Origin: an uncultured bacterium | GTDB lineage: Bacteria; Actinomycetota; Coriobacteriia; Coriobacteriales; Coriobacteriaceae | Direction: 5' to 3' | DNA length: 64,000 bases | Assembly: GCA_905214615.1 (NCBI GenBank) | Contig: CAJMMX010000001.1 | Span: 9,379 to 73,378, forward strand | Made by a program: the position numbers and the translations under genes | In this document: positions 1 to 10,051 of the stretch, one piece after another | Numbering within the stretch: position 1 is the first letter of the stretch | Layout: each line of letters starts with the position of its first letter | Notes under the pieces: model-generated | What the model was told of the DNA's origin: nothing | The model's database searches: none | The model's input: the letters and a program-made list of their open reading frames with translations, nothing else

Positions 1-397
1 TGAGCTCCTTCTCGGCCGGCAGCTTAATGACGGGTGCCCAGGTGAGGTATGGCAGGCTCTCGAGCTTCCAGCCCTTGATGGAGATACCATCGGCAAGAAA
101 CGGCTTGCGCTTGGTGTCGTAGGGCGGACGAGCCAGGCCATCGGGCATGTCGGCCGGCAGCATCTCGCCGTCCTCGGTGACCGAATACCAGCCCAGCTTT
201 TTATCGAACAGCACACTGTCGCAAAAATCGGGCGCCAAGATGTGACCGGCCAGGCCGATGGTCACGCACTCCTCGCCCTTCCACTCAAAACGGTAGATGG
301 CGGTGTTGTACACCTTGTCCTTTTTGGGCTTGCCCGTGGACAAACGCTCGGCGATCTGACGCGCGGCGTCGTTTTTCTCGGCGATGATGAGCTTCAA
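1..397 (-). CDS. topA: Type IA DNA topoisomerase, 5' part (runs off the window)
   Basis: Manual translation from TTG at 397 (RBS AGGAG): MKLIIAEKNDAARQIAE...VTIGLAGHIL, a Toprim-type N-terminus. Not in the ORF track because it is truncated by the window edge. Confidence 0.75.
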   Translation of the reverse strand, partial: MKLIIAEKNDAARQIAERLSTGKPKKDKVYNTAIYRFEWKGEECVTIGLAGHILAPDFCDSVLFDKKLGWYSVTEDGEMLPADMPDGLARPPYDTKRKPFLADGISIKGWKLESLPYLTWAPVIKLPAEKEL

Positions 398-451
398 AAG
401 AGGCTCCTATCTCGTATCTCTGCGGCTACGCCCGCCCGTATGGCGGCCGAC

Positions 452-1135
452 TTACGCCCTTGCTTGCTCAATCTGCCCGATGAGCCAATCGCACCAGGCA
501 TCCATGCCCTCGCCCTTGCGCGCGCTCACGGCAAACCGCGGCGCCTGCGGATTGAGGTCATCGAGTGTCTTAGTATACCTATCCATGTCAAAATCGAAAG
601 CCGGAGCCACGTCGACCTTGTTGAGCAGCTGCGCGCCGGCGTGTTGGAAGATGCCCGGGTACTTGATGGGCTTGTCGTCGCCCTCGGGCACCGAGAGAAT
701 CATGATGGACAGGTTCTCGCCCAGGTCAAAGTCGACCGGGCAGACCAGGTTGCCCACGTTTTCGATAAAGATGACGTCAATGCTTTCCAGACCCACAGCC
801 TGATCGAAGGCGTCGACGGCCTCCATGATCATGTTGCCCTCGAGGTGGCACAGGCCGCCCGTGTTGATCTGAATGGCGGGCATGCCGGCTTCCTTCATGG
901 TGATGGCGTCGACGTCCGAGGCGATATCGCCCTCGATGACAGCACAGCGCAGGCCGGCTTTGTCACGCAGGCGCTCGTTGGTGCCCAGAATCGTGGTGGT
1001 CTTGCCCGAGCCGGGGCTCGACAGCACATTGATCACGTAGGTGTTTGTCTCATTAAATCGCTGACGCAGCTGATCTGCCAGGCGCTCGTTGCGCGACAGA
1101 ATCGGCGATGCAATATCAATCGTTTTCTCGGCCAT
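452..1135 (-). CDS. hypB: Hydrogenase nickel-incorporation GTPase HypB
   Basis: SSPGSGKTT P-loop, QINTGGLCHL, ENVGNLVCP and EGDDKPIKYP motifs; AGGAG RBS before ATG 1135. Confidence 0.95.
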   Translation of the reverse strand: MAEKTIDIASPILSRNERLADQLRQRFNETNTYVINVLSSPGSGKTTTILGTNERLRDKAGLRCAVIEGDIASDVDAITMKEAGMPAIQINTGGLCHLEGNMIMEAVDAFDQAVGLESIDVIFIENVGNLVCPVDFDLGENLSIMILSVPEGDDKPIKYPGIFQHAGAQLLNKVDVAPAFDFDMDRYTKTLDDLNPQAPRFAVSARKGEGMDAWCDWLIGQIEQARA

Positions 1136-1190
1136 ACTCGGCACTCCTTACTTTGGCCCCTTTATACCCCATCACCAGATGGCTAGCGGG

Positions 1191-1547
1191 CTAATCGTCG
1201 GGGGTTTCGATTTCGATACTTGCGATGTCGAGTTCGCGGCCGTGCAGTAGGCGCACGTTGGCACCACCACACTGGGGACAGCGACAGTGGAAGCGATCGT
1301 GGTCGAAGACGTCGCCGCAGTCCAGGCACTCGCTTTGTGGATGGACTTCCTCCACGGAAAGCTCGCAGCCTAGCGTGAGCGGGTCCTCGTCGCGAAATGT
1401 CTCCCACGCAAAGTCGAGCGCCTCGCGCACGACCTCGGTCATATCCCCGATACGCAGCGTTACCAAAACGGCGCGTGAGGCCCCCGCCCCACGCGCCGCG
1501 CGAATCACTGTATCGAGCATGCCGTTGACAATGCCAACCTCGTGCAT
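1191..1547 (-). CDS. hypA: Hydrogenase maturation nickel metallochaperone HypA
   Basis: MHE N-terminus, CxxC...CPxCG zinc motif, GRELDIASIE C-terminus. Confidence 0.95.
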   Translation of the reverse strand: MHEVGIVNGMLDTVIRAARGAGASRAVLVTLRIGDMTEVVREALDFAWETFRDEDPLTLGCELSVEEVHPQSECLDCGDVFDHDRFHCRCPQCGGANVRLLHGRELDIASIEIETPDD

Positions 1548-1553
1548 ACCGAT

Positions 1554-2345
1554 TTACTCCTCGTCGTCCTCATCGTCCGAGAACAGGTCCAGACGGCTCA
1601 CAAACAGGCCCTCCTTACCCTCGCGCGCGGTAATGACCACGCGGGCAATGGCGAGCGAGATCTCGTAGAGCGAAAGCAGGGCACCGTACATAAGGCCCAG
1701 CGTAACGGGCGAGCCGTCGGGCGTGATCACAGCCGAACCCACGAGCAGGCCTACGTACACGTAGCGCCAGGCGCTGCGGAAGGCCGCGTAGGACACGATG
1801 TGGAAAACAGACAGGTAGAAGATGATGAGCGGCAGCTCAAACGCCACACCAAAGCCGATCATAAAGAGCAGCTCCATGTTGACGTAGTTCTCCAGATCGG
1901 GCAGCGCCGTAGCGACGGCCGAGGTCTCGCCGATGAGCCACTCAAAACCCGCCGGGATGATGATGAAGTAGCAGAAGATGGCACCCAGGAAGAACAGCAC
2001 CGTCGAGGCGAGCACCGTGGGCACGACCCACTTGCGCTCGTTGGGGCGAAGCGCCGGCAGGAAAAATGCCAGGATCTGCCAGATAATCATAGGCGTGCAC
2101 ATGACCACAGCCATCTTGATGGCCAGCGAAAAGCGCAGGCCAAAGCCGCCGAGCGTAGTGGTGATGTAGAACTTACCATCCGGCACAAAGGAGCGGATGG
2201 GGTCTTCCAGGATATCGAGCACCACAGGCGTGGCGAAGTACAGCACGATAGCGGCGGCAAACACCGACACGACCACGATGGTCAGACGGCGACGGAGCTC
2301 TCCCAAGTGATCGAAGAGCGGCATGCGCGCAGGTCCGATCGGCAT
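1554..2345 (-). CDS. tatC: Twin-arginine translocase subunit TatC
   Basis: MPLFDHLGELRRRL, FLPAL, FGVAFELP and ITPD motifs; about 6 TM helices. Confidence 0.95.
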   Translation of the reverse strand: MPIGPARMPLFDHLGELRRRLTIVVVSVFAAAIVLYFATPVVLDILEDPIRSFVPDGKFYITTTLGGFGLRFSLAIKMAVVMCTPMIIWQILAFFLPALRPNERKWVVPTVLASTVLFFLGAIFCYFIIIPAGFEWLIGETSAVATALPDLENYVNMELLFMIGFGVAFELPLIIFYLSVFHIVSYAAFRSAWRYVYVGLLVGSAVITPDGSPVTLGLMYGALLSLYEISLAIARVVITAREGKEGLFVSRLDLFSDDEDDEE

Positions 2346-2941
2346 TACTCATCGCCTCCCTTCGGGGCATCGGCGGCAGTGGCAGCGTCCTCGGCCTCGA
2401 GCTCGCGGGCGAGCTGGTCGACAACGGCCTTGCGCTTGCGGGGACGACGGGCGTAGAGGTCGGCCGTCGTGGGCTCTGCCGGCTCGGGCTCGGGCTCTGC
2501 GGCAGACTCGGGGTCCGCAGCAGCAGCGTCAGCATCGGCGGTCGCAACCTCAACGGCAGCACCCTCGGCAGCGGCCTCGCCCTCAGCAGCGCCCTCGCCC
2601 TCAGCAGCGCCCTCGCTCGCGGCCTTCTCGGCAGCAAGGCGGGCACGACGCTCGGCAAAGGTCTCCTTCTTGGCAGGCGCAGCGGCGTCAGCGGCATCCT
2701 CGTCCGCATCGGAATCGTCGTCGACGGCAGCCTTCTTGGGCTTGACCGGCGCCGAAGCGGCCTCGCTTACCGGATCGATGATCTCGGACTGGACAACCGC
2801 CGTCATCTTTTCCTGCGTCTCGCGGAACTGACGGATGGCACGGCCGATCGTACGGCCCATCTGCGGGAGCTTATCCGGGCCAAACAGCAAAAAGCCGAAG
2901 ACCACGATGATTGCCAGCTCACCTTCTCCAATACCAAACAC
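2345..2941 (-). CDS. tatB: Twin-arginine translocase TatA/TatB family subunit with long acidic Ala-rich tail
   Basis: GTG start after GGAGG; FGIGEGEL...LLFGPDKLPQMGRTIGRAIRQFR; TAATG overlap with tatC. Confidence 0.85.
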   Translation of the reverse strand: MFGIGEGELAIIVVFGFLLFGPDKLPQMGRTIGRAIRQFRETQEKMTAVVQSEIIDPVSEAASAPVKPKKAAVDDDSDADEDAADAAAPAKKETFAERRARLAAEKAASEGAAEGEGAAEGEAAAEGAAVEVATADADAAAADPESAAEPEPEPAEPTTADLYARRPRKRKAVVDQLARELEAEDAATAADAPKGGDE

Positions 2942-3094
2942 ACATACCTCCAAGGCTCGATGTGATTCGAGCCCGCACCGCGCCATTCGGCCGGAACTCG
3001 TCTATTCATTCGGTCAAGTATAGCGCCCGGACGCCAAAACGTCCGAGCGCATCACAAACATATGCCAAACGGCACGCCCTTTTGGGGGCAAAGA

Positions 3095-3409
3095 TTATGC
3101 AGCGGTGATCGAAATCTCCTGGTCGACACCCAACAGCTGGACCACGCGCATCACCGGGGGCTGCACATTGGTGCAGCTAAAGCGCTTGCCGTGGTCGACC
3201 GCGTGGTGCGCGGCGCCCACGAGCACGCCAATGCCCGTCGAATCGATGTAGCTCACCTGGGCAAAATCGAGCTCAACGGCCTCGGTGGGCTGCTCAAGCG
3301 CCAGGTCGATGGCATTGCGCAGGCTATCGGCGTTAGAGATATCGATCTCGCCGGTTACCTTAATGGTGTAGAGCTCTGGCGTGGGGTTGGTGGAAATACC
3401 CAAATCCAT
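3095..3409 (-). CDS. Anti-sigma factor antagonist (STAS domain)
   Basis: GEIDI and VSYIDSTGIGVL (phospho-Ser motif). Confidence 0.9.
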   Translation of the reverse strand: MDLGISTNPTPELYTIKVTGEIDISNADSLRNAIDLALEQPTEAVELDFAQVSYIDSTGIGVLVGAAHHAVDHGKRFSCTNVQPPVMRVVQLLGVDQEISITAA

Positions 3410-3460
3410 GTATACGCTCCTTTACGTATCGAAAGTGCGGATAGTACGGGAAGCCGCGCG

Positions 3461-4765
3461 TTAGGCGCGCTCGGCACGCGCAAGCTCGGCAGCGACGAGC
3501 TTAACGGCCAGCACCAGCACATCGAGCGCAGCCTCCAGGTCCTCGACCGTGGGATAGCTCGGCGCGATGCGGATGTTGGTGTCGCGCGGGTCCTTGCCAT
3601 AGGGCCAGGTAGCACCGGCCGGCGTGAGCTTGACGCCCAGGTCGGCACAAAGCGCGGCGACCTTTTGAGCCGAGCCCTCGGGACCATCGAAGCTTACAAA
3701 GTAGCCGCCGCGAGGATGCGTCCAGGTAGCGCAGCCCGTCTCGCCCAGGCCCTCGGTGAGCTTGCGCTCAACGGCCTCAAAGCGCGGGCGCAAGAACTCG
3801 GCATGCTTTTTCATGTGCTCCTTGACCGCCTCGATGGTGGGAAGGAAACGCACGTGGCGCAGTTGGTTGAGCTTATCGGCGCTGATGAGGCCGGCCTTCA
3901 GGCGCTTGGAGAACTCCGCGATAACCGCGGGGCTCGCACCGATAAAGCCGATACCGGCACCCGGGAAAGTGATCTTGGACGTCGAGGCGAATGCCACCAC
4001 GCGGTCCTCGGTGCCCGCCGTGCGGGCAAGATCGAAGATGTTGGCGAGCTCGTCGGTCTCGTCGTACAGGTCGTGCACGCAGTAGGCGTTGTCCCAGAAG
4101 ATGCGGAAATCGGGCGCGGCCGTGGGCATCTCGACCAAGCGGCGCACAGTGTCCTCGCTAAAGGTGATACCCGTGGGGTTGGAATACTTGGGCACGCACC
4201 AGATGCCCTTGATGGAATCGTCGACGGCAACGAGGCGCTCGATCTCGTCCATATCGGGGCCGTTGTCGGTCATCGCGACGGGGACGTTCTCGATACCCAG
4301 GTCAGCGGTAATTCCAAAGTGGCGATCGTAACCGGGAACCGGACACAGGAACTTGACCTTCTTGCCGTCGTGCACGGCCTCGTAGGCATCCCAGGGCTCG
4401 CTGCCGCACGAGCCACAGCGCCAGAACATGCCGGCGATGTCATGCTCGATCAAAAGGCTCGACGAACCCAGCACAAGCGTCTGCTCGGCGGGGCAGCCCA
4501 GGAACTCCCCCGCCAGCTTGCGTGCCGAGGGAATGCCCTCAAAGCAGCCGTAGTTGGAACAATCGACGTTGCCGTCGTGCAGATCGGCGTCGGCATTGAG
4601 GATATCGAGCATGGGGCGCGAGATGTCCACCTGGGCGGGCGACGGCTTGCCGCGGGCCATGTCAAGCGCCAGGCCCTTGGCCTTGACCTCGGCGACCTCG
4701 GCTTTGAGCGCCTCGATGGCGGCATCGAGTTCGGTGGTTTCCATCTTCTGGTAGATCGTCTGCAT
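3461..4765 (-). CDS. PLP-dependent aminotransferase, actinobacterial aspartate aminotransferase type
   Basis: LDMARGKPS, PGYDRHF, WCVPKYSNPTG, WDNAY and FASTSKITF (PLP lysine) motifs. Confidence 0.9.
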   Translation of the reverse strand: MQTIYQKMETTELDAAIEALKAEVAEVKAKGLALDMARGKPSPAQVDISRPMLDILNADADLHDGNVDCSNYGCFEGIPSARKLAGEFLGCPAEQTLVLGSSSLLIEHDIAGMFWRCGSCGSEPWDAYEAVHDGKKVKFLCPVPGYDRHFGITADLGIENVPVAMTDNGPDMDEIERLVAVDDSIKGIWCVPKYSNPTGITFSEDTVRRLVEMPTAAPDFRIFWDNAYCVHDLYDETDELANIFDLARTAGTEDRVVAFASTSKITFPGAGIGFIGASPAVIAEFSKRLKAGLISADKLNQLRHVRFLPTIEAVKEHMKKHAEFLRPRFEAVERKLTEGLGETGCATWTHPRGGYFVSFDGPEGSAQKVAALCADLGVKLTPAGATWPYGKDPRDTNIRIAPSYPTVEDLEAALDVLVLAVKLVAAELARAERA

Positions 4766-4914
4766 GGGTGCGACCTTTCGCGAAGCGGTACGTTGCAGTT
4801 CGTCTAAGTATAGACCGCCACCGCCGCAACGTTATGAAGCCGTGATAGATTAAGTTCATCGCAATGAATTACGAATCGCCGCGCATGCCGGCGTGGGGCG
4901 CCCAAGGAGGCACT

Positions 4915-5169
4915 ATGGAGTACGGATCGTTTCAGGCCGAGGAATTCGGCGACCTGCAGCGCCTGGTCGACGGACTGTTTTACGACCGCCACGCCATCGA
5001 CCGCCTCGATTTGATCGTACAGGCCGAAATCTTGGACCTGGCGCCCGATCTCATGGAAATCGTCAACCTGCTGCCGCCCGGCTATTACGATCGCCAGTCA
5101 CTTTGCGACCAGCTCAACTCCGCCTTGGCCGCCCACGGCTGGGGCGCCGTCTACGGAACGGTGGAATAA
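4915..5169 (+). CDS. Small hypothetical protein
   Basis: AAGGAGG RBS before ATG 4915; host-like codon usage; followed by a terminator. Confidence 0.7.
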   Translation: MEYGSFQAEEFGDLQRLVDGLFYDRHAIDRLDLIVQAEILDLAPDLMEIVNLLPPGYYDRQSLCDQLNSALAAHGWGAVYGTVE

Positions 5170-5170
5170 A

Positions 5171-5200
5171 CCTAGTCATTCAAGAACGTCCCCAATGACT
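5171..5200. repeat. REP-like short palindromic dispersed repeat (AGTCATT...GTCCCC AATGACT)
   Basis: 29/30 identical to 21643-21672; related copies at 21685-21713 and 63922-63950 (reverse strand). Confidence 0.8.
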
Positions 5201-5238
5201 AAAACGCCGCCTGTGATGGTGTTCACAGGCGGCGTTTT
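5201..5238. terminator. Bidirectional intrinsic terminator
   Basis: AAAACGCCGCCTGTGA...TCACAGGCGGCGTTTT between convergent genes. Confidence 0.85.
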
Positions 5239-5255
5239 CAAACTTGCATGTGCCC

Positions 5256-6614
5256 TTACTCGTCCTTGGACGCGGGGTGCTTGCAGACCACACTCATGTA
5301 GATCATGCCCAGCACCGCGGCGGTAACGGATCCGGCAAGAATGGCGGCCTTTGCGGCCAGGACCTCAAACTCGGCCGTCGGGAAGGCAAGGCCGCTGATG
5401 AGAATCGACATGGTAAAGCCAATGCCGCCCAGAATGCCCACGCCGGCAATCATGTGCCAGTTAACGTTGCGCGGCAGCTCGGAAATCTTGAGCTTAACCA
5501 GGGCAAACGTCATGCCAAAGATACCGATCGGCTTGCCCAGCAGCATGCCAAAGTACACGCCGAGCGTCACCGGGTCGGTGAGCAGCGTGCTCATGTCCAC
5601 GCCCACTAGGCGAACCTGCGCGTTCACGAACGCAAAGATCGGCAGGATCACAAAGTTGACCGGCGTGGAGATCAGGCGCTCCATGCGGATGAGCGGCGGG
5701 GTCACGCGGTGCATGACGCGCTCGACTTTGGTGGTCGAGACGGTAAAGTCGTGCTGGCCCAGGATGTGCGCCTCGTCGTCGTAGCGGTCATCGAGCAACG
5801 GCAGGCACTCGCCCAACCAATCGGTGAGGCTATCGAGTTTGACGCCGCACTTGGCCGGGATGGTAAAGGCTAGGATGACGCCAGCAAGCGTGGCATGTAC
5901 GCCGCTCTTGAACATGCAAAACCACAGCAGCAGGCCCAGTACCGAATACGGGGCAAGGCGGTAATGCTGCGTCTTGTTGAGCCACACGAGCGCGCAGGTC
6001 ACAAGCGCGGCGGCGCCCAACCAAAACGGATTGGGGCTCTGACCGTAGAAGATGGCGATGGCGGCGATGGAGATGAGGTCGTCGGCGATGGCGAGCGTCG
6101 AGAAGAACACGCGCACGCCGTTGGGCACGCGGTTGCCCAAAAGCGACAGCACGCCCAGCGCAAAGGCAATATCGGTTGCCATGGGGATAGCCCAACCGTT
6201 GCGGGCGCCGGCATGGTTAAAGATGAGGTAGATGCAGGCGGGAACGACGACGCCGCCCACGGCTGCCAGCATGGGAAGCATGGCCTGACGCGGGTTTTTG
6301 AGCTCGCCAACCGTCATCTCATACTTGAGCTCGATGCCCACCAGCAAAAAGAAGATCGCCATGAGGAAGTCGTTGACGAAAAGCTCAACGGTGAGACCGG
6401 CCGTAAGGTTGCCCAGACCCACATACAGCGGGGTCTCCAAAAAGTGATGAATGGCCTCGTAGGCATCGGTGTTGGCACAGATGACGGCGGCGATGGCGGC
6501 GATCACCATGACGGCGGCGGAAATCGTGCCGTTCTCGGCAATGCGCTCCCAAATGTCGTGACGCTCAAAACGCTTGCGCTCACGGGTGTTGAACAGCTGC
6601 TCGGTTGCTGCCAT
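5256..6614 (-). CDS. nhaA: Na+/H+ antiporter NhaA
   Basis: NDFLMAIFF, GWAIPMATDIAFALG, LAIADD and GIGFTMS motifs; AAAGGAG RBS. Confidence 0.95.
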   Translation of the reverse strand: MAATEQLFNTRERKRFERHDIWERIAENGTISAAVMVIAAIAAVICANTDAYEAIHHFLETPLYVGLGNLTAGLTVELFVNDFLMAIFFLLVGIELKYEMTVGELKNPRQAMLPMLAAVGGVVVPACIYLIFNHAGARNGWAIPMATDIAFALGVLSLLGNRVPNGVRVFFSTLAIADDLISIAAIAIFYGQSPNPFWLGAAALVTCALVWLNKTQHYRLAPYSVLGLLLWFCMFKSGVHATLAGVILAFTIPAKCGVKLDSLTDWLGECLPLLDDRYDDEAHILGQHDFTVSTTKVERVMHRVTPPLIRMERLISTPVNFVILPIFAFVNAQVRLVGVDMSTLLTDPVTLGVYFGMLLGKPIGIFGMTFALVKLKISELPRNVNWHMIAGVGILGGIGFTMSILISGLAFPTAEFEVLAAKAAILAGSVTAAVLGMIYMSVVCKHPASKDE

Positions 6615-6878
6615 GGGCGGCTCCTTTCGCGGGAAGGTTCCCGTCTTAAAAAAGCACGGCCCGCCCAAATGGCGGCGCCGCGCTCCAACGTATTACGCTT
6701 GCATCTAGCCTACCCTGCACGACAAACGCGCAAGCGCGGCCGAAAAGCGGAACCACAGGTTGAACATTATTTGCTCAACGGTGCGAGCGCCCCTGTCCAA
6801 TAGGCGACGCGGTCCCGCGCACAAAAAACGACCGGAGCGCGGGGCGTCCGCGGTCCGGTCGTGAGCAGGTTGCAAAAC

Positions 6879-7802
6879 CTAGCAGGCGGCCATGATGGGA
6901 GCAGCGACCTGCTTCTTGCGGGAAAGGACGCCCGGCATCCAGACGCCGTCGTGCTCGTCAGCGATGCCCAGGCCCTTCTGAGCGGCCTCGGTCTCACCCT
7001 CGAGCAGGACCTGCGAGCCCTCCTCCATGATGTCGGTGATGCACAGGACGATGCCGTCGGCACCCTTCTCGGCGGCATAGGCGCGCATGGCCTCGCGGAT
7101 CTCGTCGATCATGCCGAGAGCGCGGCTCTTGTCGACAGTCTCGTACTGGCCGATGAGCAGCTTCTTGCCAGCGGGCTCGAACATCTTGATGTCGTTGCCG
7201 ACCATCTCGGCTGCAGTGAAGGAGCCGGACGGGCGGGTGAGGAAGACCTCCATGCCAAACTTGACCGGGTCGACGCCCACCTGCTCGCCGAGCTTAGCAG
7301 CGACGGCGCGGTCGACATCGGTGGTGGTGGGGCTCTTGAGCATGAGCGTATCGGTCATCATGGCCGAGAGCAGCAGCTTGGCCTGAACGTCGGAAAGCTC
7401 AACGCCGAGCACGCCGGCGAGCTTGGTGACGATGGTGCAGCTGGAGCCCCAGGGCAGGCAGATGTAGTGCAGCGGACCGGCAGTCTCGAAGTCGCCGATG
7501 CGGTGATGGTCGACAACGCCAAAGACCGTGGCGTCCTTAAGGCCGGCGACGGACTGGGCGGACTCGTTGTGGTCGGTGAGGACGACGAGCTGACCGGCCT
7601 CGACGGACTCGATCACGCGGGGCTCGGCAATGCCGGCGTCGGCGAGCAGCTTGGCGGACTCGGCCGGAAGCTGGCCCAGCGCGCAGGCCTCGTAGGTGTT
7701 GCCGGCATACTCAACCTGGTTGAGCAGCTGGGACAGGACGACGGCGCTCATGATGGCGTCGTTATCGGGGTTCTGGTGACCAAAGACAAGAACGTTTGCC
7801 AT
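6879..7802 (-). CDS. ppaC: Mn-dependent inorganic pyrophosphatase (family II)
   Basis: FGHQNPDND, DHNE, DHHRI and SRKKQV motifs. Confidence 0.95.
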   Translation of the reverse strand: MANVLVFGHQNPDNDAIMSAVVLSQLLNQVEYAGNTYEACALGQLPAESAKLLADAGIAEPRVIESVEAGQLVVLTDHNESAQSVAGLKDATVFGVVDHHRIGDFETAGPLHYICLPWGSSCTIVTKLAGVLGVELSDVQAKLLLSAMMTDTLMLKSPTTTDVDRAVAAKLGEQVGVDPVKFGMEVFLTRPSGSFTAAEMVGNDIKMFEPAGKKLLIGQYETVDKSRALGMIDEIREAMRAYAAEKGADGIVLCITDIMEEGSQVLLEGETEAAQKGLGIADEHDGVWMPGVLSRKKQVAAPIMAAC

Positions 7803-7968
7803 GGATATCCTCCACTTGATATGTGTACTTGGACGTAGCTATGGTAGCACGCTGGCGGCGAACCCTTGGGCACGGAAGGGCCGCGGCACAATTTGGAGCA
7901 GGCGTTGGAGCAAAGTCTATCCTTTTCGCACCATGTTAGTGCAAAGTAACCTGGCCTCCTTGCACTAG

Positions 7969-8922
7969 CTATTTGCCGGCGGCGCGCAGGGCTACGTAGG
8001 CGGCACCGATAATGCCGGCGTCGTTGCCGAGCGAGGCGACCTTAATGGGCGTCTCGCGCGAGGCAGAAAGCGCGTACTGCTTAAAGTGCTCGCGGACCTT
8101 GTCGAGGTAGACATCGGCCGAAGCGGAGGCGCCGCCGCCGATGAGGAACATCTCGGGATCGACCACGTTGGCAATAAGCGCCAGGGCGCGACCGAGATAG
8201 TCGGCCATGGTATCGGCCGCGGCAAGCGCGAGCTTGTCACCCTCGCGGCAGGCCTGGAACACGTCCTTGGAATCGGAGGGGCCGGTGAGCTCGATGGGCT
8301 CGACGCCTGCCTTCTTGCACTCGGCAAGATAGTTGCTCACCACGCCGGTAGCGCTGGAATACTGCTCCAGGTGGCCATGGCCGCCGCAGCCGCAGGTGCG
8401 CTCCTCAGCCGGGTTCAGGCACATGTGGCCAATCTCGCCGCCGGCACCCACAACGCCCGACACCACGTCGCCGTTAACGATAACGCCGCCGCCCACGCCG
8501 GTACCGATGGTGACCATCACGACGTTCTGCACGCCCTTGGCAGAGCCGAGCCAGGCCTCGCCCATGGCAGCGGCGTTGGCATCGTTTTCGTACTTAACGA
8601 CCGCGTCGGGGCAGTGCTCCTGGATGGCGATCCTCAGCTCGGGCAGGTTGATGGCAATGTTGGCCTTGACCTTGGCATCGCCCGACGCCGGGATGGGACA
8701 CGGAACAGCCAGGCCAATGCCCGCAACAAAGGCGCGCGGGATCTGCGCCTTGGCGACCACCTGGTCGATCGCCTCGGTCACCGCGGCAAAGCCCGCAGCG
8801 TCAACGATGGGAGGCGTAGGCACGCTGGCCTTGGCAAGCAGGTTACCGTCTTCGTCGAACAGGCCCTCCTTAACCGAAGTGCCGCCGACGTCAATGCCGA
8901 TATAGTACTGCTTAGGTTCCAT
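7969..8922 (-). CDS. glk: ROK-family glucokinase
   Basis: GIDVGGT, ENDANAAAMGE, GTGVGGG, GEIGH, CGCGGHGHLE. Start uncertain (8922 or 8949). Confidence 0.85.
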   Translation of the reverse strand: MEPKQYYIGIDVGGTSVKEGLFDEDGNLLAKASVPTPPIVDAAGFAAVTEAIDQVVAKAQIPRAFVAGIGLAVPCPIPASGDAKVKANIAINLPELRIAIQEHCPDAVVKYENDANAAAMGEAWLGSAKGVQNVVMVTIGTGVGGGVIVNGDVVSGVVGAGGEIGHMCLNPAEERTCGCGGHGHLEQYSSATGVVSNYLAECKKAGVEPIELTGPSDSKDVFQACREGDKLALAAADTMADYLGRALALIANVVDPEMFLIGGGASASADVYLDKVREHFKQYALSASRETPIKVASLGNDAGIIGAAYVALRAAGK

Positions 8923-9262
8923 GGGAGCCCACCTTTCTCGTTTAAACATTGCCTGTATGGTACCGCTCCCAAGGCAAAAACCTACCAAAAAGGGACAGGT
9001 TTGTTTTGGCAGGTTTTATCTGGGGAAACGCAGGGCATGAGATTCAGTTCGTTAGGCGGCAACACGACTCGGCCCCGTCCCCAGACTGATTGATCTGCTC
9101 AATACGACAATATTCGAATGTATTTCGTTTTAAGGCGCTTTTATTTAATAAGAAAAGCGTTTTTATCTATTCTCTTTCTCGAACTTTTCTAAAACGCAAT
9201 AGGGATACTTAGGTGTTGGCTATACTTTCTTTTACACTCAATCAAGCTGGAAAGGGGGTTCC

Positions 9263-9982
9263 ATGATTCCCAAATATGAGGCGATAGCTGCAGATATCCG
9301 TCGAAGCATCGAGGACGGCGCACTTAAACCGGGCGATAAGTTGCCCACCGTCGTTGAGTTCTGCGAGCTCTATAGCGTTTCCAAAATCACCGTCAAACGA
9401 GCTATTGAGCAGATTACCGATGAAGGTCTTGTTACCAGCCGGCGCGGATCGGGCACCTACGTTAAGGACACGGCGGGGCTTCCCGGCCAGGCGTTTTTCC
9501 AGGGCAAGAACGATCGCTCCCAGGGCTTTTCGTATGAGCACCGCGGGGAGAAGGTGACCTCGGTGGTCTACGATTTCTCGATTGTCAATCCGCCAGCAGA
9601 CGTCGCTGCCCAGCTGGGAATTGCCGAGGACGACTTTGCCTATCACATCGTGCGCGTGCGCCAGGTCGACGAGAAGCCCATCGTTATCGAGTACACCTAC
9701 ATGCCCCTCGAGCTGATTCCGGGCCTTAAAAAGAAAGACCTGTATGGATCGGTCTACAGCTTCATCCGCAAGCAATGCGGGCTGAAGATTTCGAGCTTCC
9801 ACCGCACCATTCGCGCCGTAGCGGCAACCGAGGAAGAGGCTGAGCGCCTGGACACCAAACCCGGCTCTCCCCTGCTCGAGCTCAACCAGATTGGCTTTTT
9901 GGATAGCGGCACCGCCTTTGAGCATTCGATCTCGCGCAACGTTGGTGACCGCTTTGAGCTGCACAACGTAACGTTGGCATAG
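9263..9982 (+). CDS. GntR/HutC-family regulator (wHTH + UTRA)
   Basis: PKYEAIA...LKPGDKLPT...VSKITVKRA...RRGSGTYV; UTRA-type C-terminus. Confidence 0.92.
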   Translation: MIPKYEAIAADIRRSIEDGALKPGDKLPTVVEFCELYSVSKITVKRAIEQITDEGLVTSRRGSGTYVKDTAGLPGQAFFQGKNDRSQGFSYEHRGEKVTSVVYDFSIVNPPADVAAQLGIAEDDFAYHIVRVRQVDEKPIVIEYTYMPLELIPGLKKKDLYGSVYSFIRKQCGLKISSFHRTIRAVAATEEEAERLDTKPGSPLLELNQIGFLDSGTAFEHSISRNVGDRFELHNVTLA

Positions 9983-10051
9983 GTTTTTGTAGTCATGCGG
10001 GCGCTCGTTACGGCTCGTTTAGAGTGGGCGGCCGCGCAACACCATGGGGGT

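Noticed and set aside
2560..2630. Short tandem repeats in tatB (AAEGE units)
   Set aside because: Ordinary coding low-complexity linker.
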